Virus record (IMG/VR): IMGVR_UViG_3300025896_000028
Length of the DNA stretch: 64,000 nucleotides
From: a virus
Reading direction: 5' to 3' (one strand)
A program made the translations under genes and the position numbers. The notes under the pieces were generated by a model that did no database searches, was not told where the DNA came from, and saw nothing but the letters and a program-made list of their open reading frames with translations. Below, piece by piece: positions 36,653 through 46,994 of this stretch (position 1 is the first letter of the stretch; each line of letters begins with the position of its first letter).

Positions 36653-37324
36653 ATGGCAACAACGGTAGAAAAAATACGTGATTTAGATTATGATGAACTA
36701 ATCACACTGGGTCTTATTGAACAAGACGATGATTTACGTGATATATTCAATGGTGAAATCAATATGCCTTTCTCTATACTGTATAGATTACAGAAAGAAG
36801 GAAGACTAAACGATGAAACCAAAGAGTTAATATCGACTATCTTCCAAATGATTATTCTTACCAAAAAAGAATTAATTGATAAGTACTTGCGTTTAGCCAG
36901 TAACGATGGAAAGGTTATCAATGTGTCTATGCCGATAACACCAGTTGAAGTAATTGAAGCAATTACCGAAGATGAAGATGAAGATGAAATTGAAGAAGTG
37001 GTTGAAGAACCTATCAAGGACATAATCAAGGACATAATCAAGGACAAAGTGTCCGTGAAGAAAGAAAGTGATATTCCTCGTAGATACGGCAAGGAGAAGA
37101 TTACCGCAGACATTGTAGCACAAGGTGGCAATGCCAAGCCAGTTCAACGTGCTATGTTAAAGGTAAACGACTTGAAGAACATCTATGTTAATTTATCAGC
37201 TAGAGGTATCAAGGACATGGTTGGTGGTACAAATCTGTTATCTGATGAAGATTGTAGAAAAATAGTATCGGTGATTACGATTGCTGAAAGACAATTAAGT
37301 GAAATTTTAAAAAAGAAAAAATAA
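36653..37324 (+). CDS. hypothetical protein with acidic tract and tandem IKDI repeats
   Basis: EDEDEDEIEEVVEEPIKDIIKDIIKDKV, encoded by a 12-bp tandem aaggacataatc. Confidence 0.5.
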   Translation: MATTVEKIRDLDYDELITLGLIEQDDDLRDIFNGEINMPFSILYRLQKEGRLNDETKELISTIFQMIILTKKELIDKYLRLASNDGKVINVSMPITPVEVIEAITEDEDEDEIEEVVEEPIKDIIKDIIKDKVSVKKESDIPRRYGKEKITADIVAQGGNAKPVQRAMLKVNDLKNIYVNLSARGIKDMVGGTNLLSDEDCRKIVSVITIAERQLSEILKKKK

Positions 37325-37561
37325 TATGGAAGTATTCGCAATACCATTATGTATCTTAGCATTTGCATTTCTTATGAATGGGTTTCCTAGTATCCACATT
37401 GGGACTAAGAAATACTATAAGAACAAAAAAGACAGATATGAAGATTCCGACCTATAATCCTATAAGGATGGGTGACCCCGTGTTCGCAAATGAATATGGG
37501 AAGAAAATGTTACGCTATCGTAAAAGCTTGGAGAAGAAACAAATAGAAGAAAACCGAAATA

Positions 37562-38644
37562 ATGAAAATCAGAAATAGTGTTAGGATTTATAGTGGTAAT
37601 ACTACTAGGAAAAATCATCTCAAAACACTTAGGAAAAAAGTTTTAAATTACCAAGATTATGTTGAGTATTATTTTATACAAAAAAGTGACGAAACTTTGT
37701 ATATTGAATGTCGAAAATACACTAAAGATTATTTAGAGTTTTCAGACTTAGACTATAAGGTAAAGGGTCTTATTGAATTTGATTTAATCAATAAAAAGCT
37801 AACCAAGTCTGTCAATTTCAATTCATATTGGTCTGATGCTAAGCTTTTAACTTATTTAGGTGTTGAGTTTTTATTAGATGATTCAATAAATAATCGTACT
37901 TATAATACTACTATTTATGATTTCATAAAGTCTATTTTTAAGATTTATACAAAGCCTAGTGACATATTAAAATCTATCATTGTTTCAGAAGGTTTCACTC
38001 TGAATAACTTTCCTATGAGTGATTTTAAGAGAGTAATAGGTTATGATAAAAATGTTTGGCAAAATAAAGTTTCACATTATATGTCAATATTTTTCTACAT
38101 GAAAAATGTTGTGGATTTAACTATGTTTTTCAAACATATTAGTAAATTGAAAAAAATGGCATTGGTTGATATGTTTCAAGATGCTAATACATTAGGTTAT
38201 AAAGTCAATATGCGTTGGAGTTATAATCGAATCAAACTTGAACACGAAAATTGGAGTTATGAGATAAGAGATAAGCGATTGTTATCGGAAGAAAATGAAC
38301 AATTATCAACGGGTTATACGTACCCTAAGATTGAAGGTGCTGAATTACTAACATCGAAATTTGCTTTGGTTTATGAAGGTCAAGAAATGAAACATTGTGT
38401 TGGTGGTTCTGGTTACTGGGAATCATGTAAAAGAGGTACTTCTGCAATTTATTCTTATAAAAATAAGCAATCCAAACATCTAAGAGCAACTATTGAAATT
38501 AAGATAGATACGAACAACGGTACAGTTACTTTGAACCAAATACAACGTAAAGGTAATCGTTTATATATTCCAGATGAAATAAAAGAATCTATTAGGAAGC
38601 AACTAAAAGGGTATGTAATACCAGAACTTAGAGAAAAAAAATAA
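37562..38644 (+). CDS. hypothetical protein (360 aa)
   Basis: Long ORF; no recognisable family. Confidence 0.5.
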   Translation: MKIRNSVRIYSGNTTRKNHLKTLRKKVLNYQDYVEYYFIQKSDETLYIECRKYTKDYLEFSDLDYKVKGLIEFDLINKKLTKSVNFNSYWSDAKLLTYLGVEFLLDDSINNRTYNTTIYDFIKSIFKIYTKPSDILKSIIVSEGFTLNNFPMSDFKRVIGYDKNVWQNKVSHYMSIFFYMKNVVDLTMFFKHISKLKKMALVDMFQDANTLGYKVNMRWSYNRIKLEHENWSYEIRDKRLLSEENEQLSTGYTYPKIEGAELLTSKFALVYEGQEMKHCVGGSGYWESCKRGTSAIYSYKNKQSKHLRATIEIKIDTNNGTVTLNQIQRKGNRLYIPDEIKESIRKQLKGYVIPELREKK

Positions 38645-38648
38645 AATA

Positions 38649-38682
38649 ATGACACTATCGTTTGGTAGTGTCATTTTTTTTG
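38649..38682 (+). terminator. rho-independent terminator
   Basis: atgacactatcgtttggtagtgtcat followed by ttttttttg. Overlaps the spurious 5' extension of ORF 38649. Confidence 0.55.
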
Positions 38683-38697
38683 TTTACCTTTGTACTA

Positions 38698-38978
38698 TGA
38701 AAAAATTAAAACAATTTAGCTACTGGAGTCAATTCGGTTTAGATAAAGGAACTCAGTACTATATCATGGCTTCATCACAGAAACAAGTTATTGCTTTATT
38801 TGATACTCTTGGAAAACACTTCTCCGCAAGTTATGTTAGAGATTACTTTTACCAAGCATGGGGCAACGATGGTGCTGAAATAATGAAAGATATTGAGATT
38901 ACCGAAGCTTGTATCTATGCGGTTAAAAGAACCGATAGTTTTGGTAAAGCAATCGAAGAACCAAAAAAAGTTGTCTAA
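38698..38978 (+). CDS. hypothetical protein
   Basis: ATG directly after tacctttgtact; the track start at 38649 lies within the terminator. Confidence 0.45.
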
Positions 38979-39053
38979 AAATTTGCACAAGTCAAAAATT
39001 TGTTTTACCTTTGTCGGGTATTAAAATACTAACACTAACAAAAACCAAAAGTC

Positions 39054-39686
39054 ATGTCAAAAAAAGTAGCAAAATTAGTAAGAGTATCGTTGGTAACAAG
39101 AGTAATTGTTGATGCTGATGCTTCCGAAACGGATATCCTTATCCAATCCCAAATGAAATTTATCGAACAAATCACAAACGAAATCCATGAGAACTTGGAA
39201 GAAATCGTTGATGATACTGAATGTCCTTATGAGGAATCAGAAGTAGAAGACATCGAAAACTATATTGATGTTTACGCTAGTGTTGAATTAGACACGTGGT
39301 TGCGTTGTAAAGAAGAAATCATGTCTTTTGCCATTGATGGTATAAATCATCACGATAACGAGTCCAGAATGACTCACGAAGACGACTGGAATATCAACCT
39401 AAGAATCCATAGAGAAGATTATGCTAGTCTTGAAAAGTTTTGTAACTATTTTGAAACGGTTGAAGTTGATGACGATAAGTCAGATGAAGTTTATGATATT
39501 TTGTGTGATGAATACTTACATTCTGATGTGACAAGTGGTGAAATGATTTATTCAACTACGTTAAGCTTAAAGTTTACCGAAGGTGATGTAAGAGAAGGTG
39601 TTCAAACATTCTTGGATTGGGATGATTCACCAGAAACCTTTGCAATCGAGAAAGGCGATAAACACTGGATAATTAAGTGTATCTAA
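39054..39686 (+). CDS. hypothetical acidic protein
   Basis: tacctttgtcgggtat motif upstream. Confidence 0.5.
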   Translation: MSKKVAKLVRVSLVTRVIVDADASETDILIQSQMKFIEQITNEIHENLEEIVDDTECPYEESEVEDIENYIDVYASVELDTWLRCKEEIMSFAIDGINHHDNESRMTHEDDWNINLRIHREDYASLEKFCNYFETVEVDDDKSDEVYDILCDEYLHSDVTSGEMIYSTTLSLKFTEGDVREGVQTFLDWDDSPETFAIEKGDKHWIIKCI

Positions 39687-39738
39687 AAATAATTTAAAAA
39701 AACCTGGGCAAAAATTTGCAAGTGTCCAGGATTTTACT

Positions 39739-39776
39739 TACCTTTGTACTCTAATCAATAATAAAAACTAAAAGCT
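39739..39776 (+). promoter_or_regulatory. conserved phage promoter plus leader (TACCTTTGTACTCTAATCAATAA..)
   Basis: Same 38-nt unit recurs upstream of ORFs starting at 40494, 41966, 43903, 48452 and 50114. Confidence 0.6.
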
Positions 39777-40178
39777 ATGTCAAAATTAACAAAAACACAG
39801 GAAATTAAATTAATGATTATCGAAAACTATATCGATAATTTTACTACCAACGATGATGAACGTGATACAATGAAAGCTAATGCTTTGATATACGTTGAAG
39901 AAGACCACGTTGATGAAATTGCACAATCTGGAATGAGTATGTTGCCAACTGAAAGACAGAATGTAATCACCAGAGTACGTCATTTACTTTGCGAGTTAGA
40001 TACTGACGAAGAAGTTGTTGAAGCTGTCAGAGCCATTGTTAACATGAAAGACCAAGATGCGTATGTTGATTGGGTTGATGGGATAATCGTTTGGGATAAG
40101 GTATCTAATACATTCACTTGTGAAGAATTTTTAGAAGAAATCGAATACTACGATGGATTTGAAAATGAATTAAACTAA
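39777..40178 (+). CDS. hypothetical protein
   Basis: Promoter-proximal ORF. Confidence 0.5.
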   Translation: MSKLTKTQEIKLMIIENYIDNFTTNDDERDTMKANALIYVEEDHVDEIAQSGMSMLPTERQNVITRVRHLLCELDTDEEVVEAVRAIVNMKDQDAYVDWVDGIIVWDKVSNTFTCEEFLEEIEYYDGFENELN

Positions 40179-40180
40179 TC

Positions 40181-40429
40181 ATGATGGAAAAGACACCAAA
40201 ACAAGTTACAGAGGACATCTTAAAATCATTAAGAGTACCTAACGCACCCGAAGGAATATTGCTTGAAAGCTATTTAGAAATCTGGGAAAAAAGTATCAAA
40301 AAGAAACTACTTGAAGGAGTATATCAAGAGATAAGTGAGAACACTTTGAAAGATTGTGAATATTTAACATTACCTACTGTCAAAGATATTTTGATTAGAC
40401 ATGGTGCTGATGTAAAAAAAATGAAATAA
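40181..40429 (+). CDS. hypothetical protein
   Basis: ORF in operon context; no recognisable motif. Confidence 0.45.
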   Translation: MMEKTPKQVTEDILKSLRVPNAPEGILLESYLEIWEKSIKKKLLEGVYQEISENTLKDCEYLTLPTVKDILIRHGADVKKMK

Positions 40430-40455
40430 AATTAGGATATGTCAAAAACATTCCT

Positions 40456-40493
40456 TACCTTTGTACTCTAATCAATAATAAAAACCAAAAGCT
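40456..40493 (+). promoter_or_regulatory. conserved phage promoter plus leader
   Basis: ccttacctttgtactctaatcaataataaaaaccaaaagct ATG. Confidence 0.6.
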
Positions 40494-40829
40494 ATGTCAG
40501 AATTAAAGTTTAAATTTAAAAAGAAAGGTAACAACATTGTAGCCTTTGATGCCGAAGACAACACGAAATCTTACGGAAAAATAAATATCAAAACTGGTGA
40601 GTGTACTGGTGGAACTCTTTGCTTCCAAGCACTACGTGACCATTTAGCAACCCTTGTTGTTAAAAAGACATACAAGGTTTGGCTTGTAGTTGAAGAATGT
40701 ACTGAATTTGCTGATGGTACGGAAGTCTACAAAGACTTGAAAGATGAAACTGCTAGTGTAGGTTCATTTGGAAAGCTTGAAAGTGCCTACGAGAGAATGG
40801 GTATCGTTGCAAATACATTTAACTACTAA
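40494..40829 (+). CDS. hypothetical protein
   Basis: ORF in operon context; no recognisable motif. Confidence 0.5.
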   Translation: MSELKFKFKKKGNNIVAFDAEDNTKSYGKINIKTGECTGGTLCFQALRDHLATLVVKKTYKVWLVVEECTEFADGTEVYKDLKDETASVGSFGKLESAYERMGIVANTFNY

Positions 40830-40841
40830 AAACCAAAAGCC

Positions 40842-41060
40842 ATGTCAAACACAATAAAAGTAATCGAGTACGCAGATTTTTCAAGTGAAGAAAATTTATT
40901 CTTCGAGCATAGAGGTGACGTTGTTTGTCTTTATGATGATTTAAGTGAACCATGTACATTGGGTTGGTTCAAAGTATGGTACGATTCCGAAATGGAAGAC
41001 AGAGAATACATTACAGTGAATGATACAATCATTTATTTGGATTCGATAGACGAACTTTAA
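40842..41060 (+). CDS. hypothetical protein
   Basis: ORF in operon context; no recognisable motif. Confidence 0.45.
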   Translation: MSNTIKVIEYADFSSEENLFFEHRGDVVCLYDDLSEPCTLGWFKVWYDSEMEDREYITVNDTIIYLDSIDEL

Positions 41061-41070
41061 AAACAAAACT

Positions 41071-41667
41071 ATGAATATATTTCCAAAGAGTGTCTTTAAA
41101 GGCACGAACGCAGATGGTACTAAATTTACCGCAAAGGAATATGATTTTTCAACGTATGCTAATATAGCTTCGATTAATTTCTTCATGTATCTATTGTTCG
41201 GTGCTTTATTCTCTGGATTTGTAGCACCTATAGTATTGTTGTTATCGGTACTATCTTTTAATGGTAGGTTTAATATGCTATACCTATTAGGTATAATATT
41301 CAGTACCTACTTCCTATATGATTGTTATCATGGGTGGATAATACTCTTGATGTTGAGTTTTTTATGTAATGGTACTACTGGAACAGAGTATTATTGGTTC
41401 ATAGACTTACTTGTAGCGTTGAATGTGGGTGTATTGGTTACGATTGGTGGTTTAATTGTCTTTGGAAGTCAAATATTTGACTTCATAAATGAAAAAATTG
41501 AAGATTATCATGCAAAGTTAGCTTATTTTTTCGGATTTGTACTACTAATTTTCGTATTTGGGTGTGTAAAAGGTAATGTTATTACAAATAAAGACAAAGA
41601 TTGGGTAAATAGAGCGTTGGAGTTGGGTAATTTTAATACAACACATAGTAACAATACTATACACTAG
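41071..41667 (+). CDS. integral membrane protein (4-5 TM)
   Basis: Multiple hydrophobic helices. Confidence 0.5.
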   Translation: MNIFPKSVFKGTNADGTKFTAKEYDFSTYANIASINFFMYLLFGALFSGFVAPIVLLLSVLSFNGRFNMLYLLGIIFSTYFLYDCYHGWIILLMLSFLCNGTTGTEYYWFIDLLVALNVGVLVTIGGLIVFGSQIFDFINEKIEDYHAKLAYFFGFVLLIFVFGCVKGNVITNKDKDWVNRALELGNFNTTHSNNTIH

Positions 41668-41861
41668 TCCAGGAAATGTAAAATTTATTAAAAATAAATG
41701 TAAATTTACTTGAAATTGTCCTAAAAAATCCGTACCTTTGTATTATAATAATAAAATATAATAAATAATATATAAATAACTAACTATAATAACTATACTA
41801 GTATGGTATTAGTTTTATGTTAGTGAGAAATATACTTGGTGGTTCTTGTATATTGGAGAAA

Positions 41862-41890
41862 TGGGTAGCTAGTCTACCCTTTTTTTTTAA
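41862..41890 (+). terminator. rho-independent terminator
   Basis: gggtagctagtctaccc followed by ttttttttt. Confidence 0.55.
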
Positions 41891-41965
41891 TATATTATAA
41901 AAAAATTAGGATATGTAAATATTAATACTTACCTTTGTACTCTAATCAATAAACAAATAGAAATT

Positions 41966-42271
41966 ATGGCAATGAAAATCAATACCAAGTTATTTACAGC
42001 TAACGAAATTGCAAGTAAATTCAATTACGGAAGAACTATACAAATCCTTGCTAACTTAGAGGAAATAGTATGTGAATTTCAAGAAGAAAAAGAAGCGTTA
42101 TCCAACATGGCGTTTCCACCAGAACAAACCATTAACGACATTGATAAACAATTACGTTACTTAGCGTTGAATATCAATACTGTAAAAGATGTTATTAATA
42201 ACCATGAGAGAAATTCTTTTGATAACCTTATGACTTCAATGGGAATTTCTGTAAATATTTCTAAGAATTAA
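41966..42271 (+). CDS. hypothetical protein
   Basis: Promoter motif at ~41930. Confidence 0.5.
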   Translation: MAMKINTKLFTANEIASKFNYGRTIQILANLEEIVCEFQEEKEALSNMAFPPEQTINDIDKQLRYLALNINTVKDVINNHERNSFDNLMTSMGISVNISKN

Positions 42272-42330
42272 TTAGGAAGTTCCAAATATTATTCTTACCT
42301 TTGTATCATCATTAACATAAACCAATAATT

Positions 42331-42828
42331 ATGAAAAAGAATTCAGCCATTGTAGATTGCAGAAAAAAAGTATTAACTATTATATTCAACGGAGAAGAAC
42401 ACGTAGTTGATTTAAGAGAAGGTGATTTACACGACAATTGGAACTCAATCCAAGATAAGAATGAAGTAGTATGGGATATCAACTTTAGTTGGGAAGATTG
42501 CAAAGGTGAGAAGCCTTATCTTAGTATCTATGCTTTGGAAGAACCAAACGAAGAAGGTTACCAATCAACCAATTGGGATGATTACACTTCAATCAATGTT
42601 AAGGCTATAGGTAATCGTGATGATTACTTCAAGGAAGAACGTTTCAAATACAGATTTGATTCAGCTTCAAGTCTTACTTTTAGGGTTTACGACCAAACAG
42701 ATAATTTGTTATTCAAAACAAAAAGTCTTAACAAAGCTAGTGACTTCGTAACCAACCATAAATGGTTGACAAGGTTGAATAGCTACATGATAGTAACCGA
42801 TGCTAATGGTGCTACTAAAAAAATCTAA
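42331..42828 (+). CDS. hypothetical protein
   Basis: Promoter motif at ~42296. Confidence 0.5.
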   Translation: MKKNSAIVDCRKKVLTIIFNGEEHVVDLREGDLHDNWNSIQDKNEVVWDINFSWEDCKGEKPYLSIYALEEPNEEGYQSTNWDDYTSINVKAIGNRDDYFKEERFKYRFDSASSLTFRVYDQTDNLLFKTKSLNKASDFVTNHKWLTRLNSYMIVTDANGATKKI

Positions 42829-42829
42829 G

Positions 42830-43261
42830 ATGAAAAAACTAATCTTCTTTTTACTGGTATCTACCGTGTGTTTCGGGCAATCAATTACAGTTGAAAATGT
42901 TACACTTACCTATAACAAAACGAACAACTCAATGCTTATTGTGATACCGCCTAAGTGCTTGGTGTTCCCAAACAATGACAAGAGGTTTGCTGTAAGGATA
43001 ACCAGAGAATACGACTTGGTTATGGAAATCAATGGGGTTCAATATACTATGGGTGATACATACTTTGCGTTTAGCGGGTTAACACGACCCACACATAGTG
43101 AAGAATTTTATGAGAACATAAAGAATTGCAAATGGTTAAGTAAACATTACAATTTTTTGTTTCCAAGTGTTGAAAAAGGTGAGTACATCTTGACCGTAAC
43201 AATAACACGTGATGATGGTACAGTTGTGATAACTAAAAATAATTCATTAATTATTAGGTAG
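42830..43261 (+). CDS. secreted/periplasmic protein (signal peptide)
   Basis: MKKLIFFLLVSTVCFGQ signal peptide; start re-set within the track ORF 42800. Confidence 0.45.
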   Translation: MKKLIFFLLVSTVCFGQSITVENVTLTYNKTNNSMLIVIPPKCLVFPNNDKRFAVRITREYDLVMEINGVQYTMGDTYFAFSGLTRPTHSEEFYENIKNCKWLSKHYNFLFPSVEKGEYILTVTITRDDGTVVITKNNSLIIR

Positions 43262-43309
43262 ATTAAAATCTTTTACTTACCTTTGTAATCTAATCAATAA
43301 ATAGAAATT

Positions 43310-43837
43310 ATGACAACTACGACATTTACAATTGACGATGCAATCCGAAATCAACGTGACCAATTATTTGCTTGGCGTAAAGTACTTACACCCGAAGCCT
43401 ATGGTGATTTGGTTATCTATGCTGAACAAAATAATAGAACCGCTAAACAACCTAAAGATATTATTCGTGGCACTAATTTGAGTGTTTTTATTGAAAACTA
43501 TTCAAATGAAATAAAAGCGGTTGATAATAATACAACAATGACAAAAATGAGTGCTGACGACCTTAGAAGTTTGCAACACGGTGATAAGGTTTATCTAGGT
43601 AATGGTTCAAGTATGCGTGGTTTACATTATGTTGGACGTATGCCAACAAGTGAAGAACATTATCTTATTTTTTGTGACGGACAATATCTTACACACTTAT
43701 ATATTCATAACGATAACACTTTCAATGGTGATTGGTTTATGGGCAAATATGATAGTGAGTTTGTTGGTAACTATATTAAAGACTGGCACTTAAAAAGAAT
43801 TGATAGTGTTGAAAGAATTTATTTTGAAAAAAAATAA
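43310..43837 (+). CDS. hypothetical protein
   Basis: Promoter motif at ~43278. Confidence 0.5.
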   Translation: MTTTTFTIDDAIRNQRDQLFAWRKVLTPEAYGDLVIYAEQNNRTAKQPKDIIRGTNLSVFIENYSNEIKAVDNNTTMTKMSADDLRSLQHGDKVYLGNGSSMRGLHYVGRMPTSEEHYLIFCDGQYLTHLYIHNDNTFNGDWFMGKYDSEFVGNYIKDWHLKRIDSVERIYFEKK

Positions 43838-43902
43838 GAAACAATTTGGTTAATTAGAATCTTTTACTTACCTTTGTACTCTAATCAATAAAAACAAATA
43901 TC

Positions 43903-44253
43903 ATGTCAAGACTTACAGGTAAAGAATTAGCATCAGAGTTAGCAGACTTCGTTAACTCTAGCAACAAAGAGAAGTATCAAGAGTTCATTCAGTCATTCAG
44001 CAATCAACACAGAACGCTACAACAATCAGCTTTCGGATTGGTGCTTCAATTGGTAGAACACATGGCTTCTGACGAGTACCATACAGATGCTAGAAACGCT
44101 GATTCCAAGAAAGTGGCACAAACCCTTATGAAAGGATTTAAAGTGGCTCAAACGGCTCAATATGTTGCCGAGGGAACTTCCGAGGTTAGAGCGAAAGAAT
44201 ACATGGAAATGGAAGGCTTTGACAAACCAAGTAGATATTTAGGATTCATTTAA
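43903..44253 (+). CDS. hypothetical protein
   Basis: Promoter motif at ~43869. Confidence 0.5.
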   Translation: MSRLTGKELASELADFVNSSNKEKYQEFIQSFSNQHRTLQQSAFGLVLQLVEHMASDEYHTDARNADSKKVAQTLMKGFKVAQTAQYVAEGTSEVRAKEYMEMEGFDKPSRYLGFI

Positions 44254-44263
44254 TATTAGAACT

Positions 44264-44614
44264 ATGAAACAGATAGACGAAACAGAATTTGACGAAAAAT
44301 ACAAATTGGTTATTAATCACTTTGAGAGAGCGAAACAACCAGACACGGTTGCTGACGAAGACTTGTGTTCTTTCAACGGATATATGTTTGAAACCTTTGG
44401 TGAAGAACTTGACTTCGTAAGAGAAATGGCTAAACAGAACCGAGTTATTACTATACTTGAAGGTGATGATGAAACTTGTTCTGGTGAGTGTGAAGCTTGT
44501 GAATGTGGTTCTACAATATACTACGTTAATGGGTATCACCTTGTAAATAGAATTGGGTATTTCGTAACCGAAGAACCTATCACCGAAGAATTTGAATGTA
44601 AATTAGACTACTAA
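44264..44614 (+). CDS. hypothetical Cys-rich protein
   Basis: Contains CSGECEACECGS, which looks like a Zn-binding cluster. Confidence 0.45.
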   Translation: MKQIDETEFDEKYKLVINHFERAKQPDTVADEDLCSFNGYMFETFGEELDFVREMAKQNRVITILEGDDETCSGECEACECGSTIYYVNGYHLVNRIGYFVTEEPITEEFECKLDY

Positions 44615-44919
44615 TGGCTGAAAAGAAACCAACAATGTGGGGAACTCACTACGGAACGACAATGGAGATATCGAAGCTATCGCACCAACACTTGTCAAAT
44701 ATCTGGTACTACTTCCATGTAGTATTGGAAACGAAGCCACCAATAGTTATCATTGAAGAATTGGCTAACCGATTTGGTTGTCTTAGACTGCCTTATCACC
44801 CACTTATTTCTTTTAGATACGAAATCGATGCTTTGGTTAGTAAAGGTTACACTACTGGTGAACCTAACGCTGATATCATTGATAAAGGATTTTGGATTGG
44901 AAAAATAAAATACGAATAA
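44614..44919 (+). CDS. hypothetical protein
   Basis: Coupled start (ATGG overlap). Confidence 0.45.
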   Translation: MAEKKPTMWGTHYGTTMEISKLSHQHLSNIWYYFHVVLETKPPIVIIEELANRFGCLRLPYHPLISFRYEIDALVSKGYTTGEPNADIIDKGFWIGKIKYE

Positions 44920-44956
44920 ATTAGGATTATTAAAATTAATACCATACCTTTGTACT

Positions 44957-45181
44957 ATGAAAAACAAAATACTAAATATCGGACTTAAGAACGACTTGCA
45001 AACTATCTTGGAAAACCCAGGAAATGTGTCAAGAGTTGAAAAGGGTACAGTAAGTGGCTTCTCAATCGAAGTTGACTTCAAAGAGGAAATGGCTTATAGT
45101 AGCTATGTTTATTACGAAGATGAAGCATTACGTGATTCAGACTTCAACGAACTTAAAAGACTTATCAAAGATGGAAAATAA
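44957..45181 (+). CDS. hypothetical protein
   Basis: tacctttgtact ATG context. Confidence 0.45.
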   Translation: MKNKILNIGLKNDLQTILENPGNVSRVEKGTVSGFSIEVDFKEEMAYSSYVYYEDEALRDSDFNELKRLIKDGK

Positions 45182-45506
45182 AACCTACGTTGTCTTGGAT
45201 AACGGACAACACGAGTACAATATCATAGAGCGAGAAAGAAAGAATGGTAGAACCTTATCGTTGCACTATTCTGAGGCTGATTTCTGGGCTTCTCGAATTA
45301 GAGGTAAGTTGGCTATGAAAATGACTATCACTGGCAACGGTGTTAGATTTAGTAAGAATGGTAAATCGTTAGACTATAGCGAATTGGCACACATGAGAAT
45401 GCTTATGAATTTTGAACAAGCTACTGATACCAACGAGTACAATAGATTAAAGCTTCAAGTTTATACGTCTATGAATGATACCAATACAAAACCAATTGAA
45501 ATATAA
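45171..45506 (+). CDS. hypothetical protein
   Basis: In-frame ATG (MENKTYVV) overlapping the upstream stop; the track's longer start at 45054 is rejected. Confidence 0.45.
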   Translation: MENKTYVVLDNGQHEYNIIERERKNGRTLSLHYSEADFWASRIRGKLAMKMTITGNGVRFSKNGKSLDYSELAHMRMLMNFEQATDTNEYNRLKLQVYTSMNDTNTKPIEI

Positions 45507-45527
45507 TTTGGTAGTTTAAAATAATTT

Positions 45528-46007
45528 TTGTACCTTTGCCCTATGAATATATTTGTATTAGATACCGACCCGAAAAAATGTGCTGAATATCATAATGATA
45601 AGCACTGCGTAAAAATGATACTTGAAACTGCACAACTTCTTTGTGGTGTACACTGGGTATTAGGTGGTGAAGCACCGTATAAACTTTCACACAAGAATCA
45701 CCCATGTGCTATTTGGACACGTGAATGTATTGAAAATTACATTTGGTTATGTGACTTAGGTCTTGAACTATGTGCCGAATACACGTATCGTTATGGTAAG
45801 CGACATAAGTCAGAAGACATCATTGAATGGTGTTTGATGAACCAACCAGATTTACGTGACAATGGTGATATTACGGAGTTCGCAGTAGCTATGCCAGATG
45901 AATGTAAAAATGATGATATAGTTCAAGCATATAGAACTTATTATATGGTTGAGAAACGTAACATAGCAGTTTGGAAAAACAGAGAAGTACCACAATGGTT
46001 TAATTAA
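45528..46007 (+). CDS. hypothetical protein
   Basis: Weak N-terminal resemblance to pyrimidine-dimer glycosylase (DenV) proteins; not reliable. Confidence 0.45.
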   Translation: MYLCPMNIFVLDTDPKKCAEYHNDKHCVKMILETAQLLCGVHWVLGGEAPYKLSHKNHPCAIWTRECIENYIWLCDLGLELCAEYTYRYGKRHKSEDIIEWCLMNQPDLRDNGDITEFAVAMPDECKNDDIVQAYRTYYMVEKRNIAVWKNREVPQWFN

Positions 46008-46069
46008 TTTCAAATAAATTTGGTAGTTCCAAATATTATTCTTACCTTTGTACTATAAAATTAGAAACT

Positions 46070-46657
46070 ATGACAGATAACTTTGATTTAATTCGTCCAT
46101 TATTGAAATTCACCAGTGAAGATGATTTTTACTTCATTCAAATCTTGAAGCGAAGAAAGGACAATCCTGGATTTAATACTGATGTTGCTGTTATCAAAGA
46201 ATACTTTGTTGATAGCTTAGAATACTTTGATAAGAAACGTGAAGACATGATTGAACAAGCGACCAAGAACAACGCTAGGGTTACAATCAGACTAAACAAG
46301 CGTTCTTACCAAAAGACAGCATTGAAGATGCTAGTTGATGTTGCCAATAAATTTGAGCAAGGTCAGTACAGAGCAGTTAAGTCTTCATTTTCAAGTTGTG
46401 CGGGTAAATACTCTGCTGATAAAGAAAAGACTTGGTTAGTCGATGTTGATTCCGAAGACTTGCAGAACTACAACATGGATGAAGTGGTAGTTGCTATCAA
46501 TGAATCTATGCCAGTTGGTGATAAGGTTTTGGGTAAGATACCAAGCAAGACTGGTTACCACTTATTGGTTAAGCCTTTTGATTTGAGAATATTTTCTGAA
46601 AAGTATAAAAGTCTTGACTTGAAGAAGGATAACCCAACTAATTTGTTCATACCTTAA
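46070..46657 (+). CDS. hypothetical protein
   Basis: Promoter motif at ~46043. Confidence 0.5.
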   Translation: MTDNFDLIRPLLKFTSEDDFYFIQILKRRKDNPGFNTDVAVIKEYFVDSLEYFDKKREDMIEQATKNNARVTIRLNKRSYQKTALKMLVDVANKFEQGQYRAVKSSFSSCAGKYSADKEKTWLVDVDSEDLQNYNMDEVVVAINESMPVGDKVLGKIPSKTGYHLLVKPFDLRIFSEKYKSLDLKKDNPTNLFIP

Positions 46658-46732
46658 AAAAGTTTAAAAAAAACTTGTGTATGTCAAAAATTATTCATAC
46701 CTTTGTAATCTAATCCTTAAATACTAATTATT

Positions 46733-46990
46733 ATGAATGCAGTAAAAGTTGAACCAGTAAAGACATCAACCAGAAAACGTCCTAACAAAACGTTTATCCA
46801 ACAAATGGCAGAGTTCAGAGGTCACATGACCGAGAATGAGAAAACTCAATTAAAGGGTCTGGAAGTTAAAAACGCATTGCAACGCATCAACAACCGAGCA
46901 ATGGACGAAAAGCTTAGCAATGAGCAAAACCTTGAATTGCAGAAAGCAATGGATATGTTTGTAAAAAGCATTGACAAGGTTCTAAAATAG
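46733..46990 (+). CDS. hypothetical protein
   Basis: Promoter motif at ~46698. Confidence 0.45.
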   Translation: MNAVKVEPVKTSTRKRPNKTFIQQMAEFRGHMTENEKTQLKGLEVKNALQRINNRAMDEKLSNEQNLELQKAMDMFVKSIDKVLK

Positions 46991-46994
46991 GCTA

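Noticed and set aside
45528-46007. Pyrimidine-dimer DNA glycosylase (DenV-like) annotation
   Set aside because: Only a short N-terminal resemblance (N-I-x-V-L..AEY). Catalytic Glu spacing is not convincingly conserved, so kept as hypothetical.
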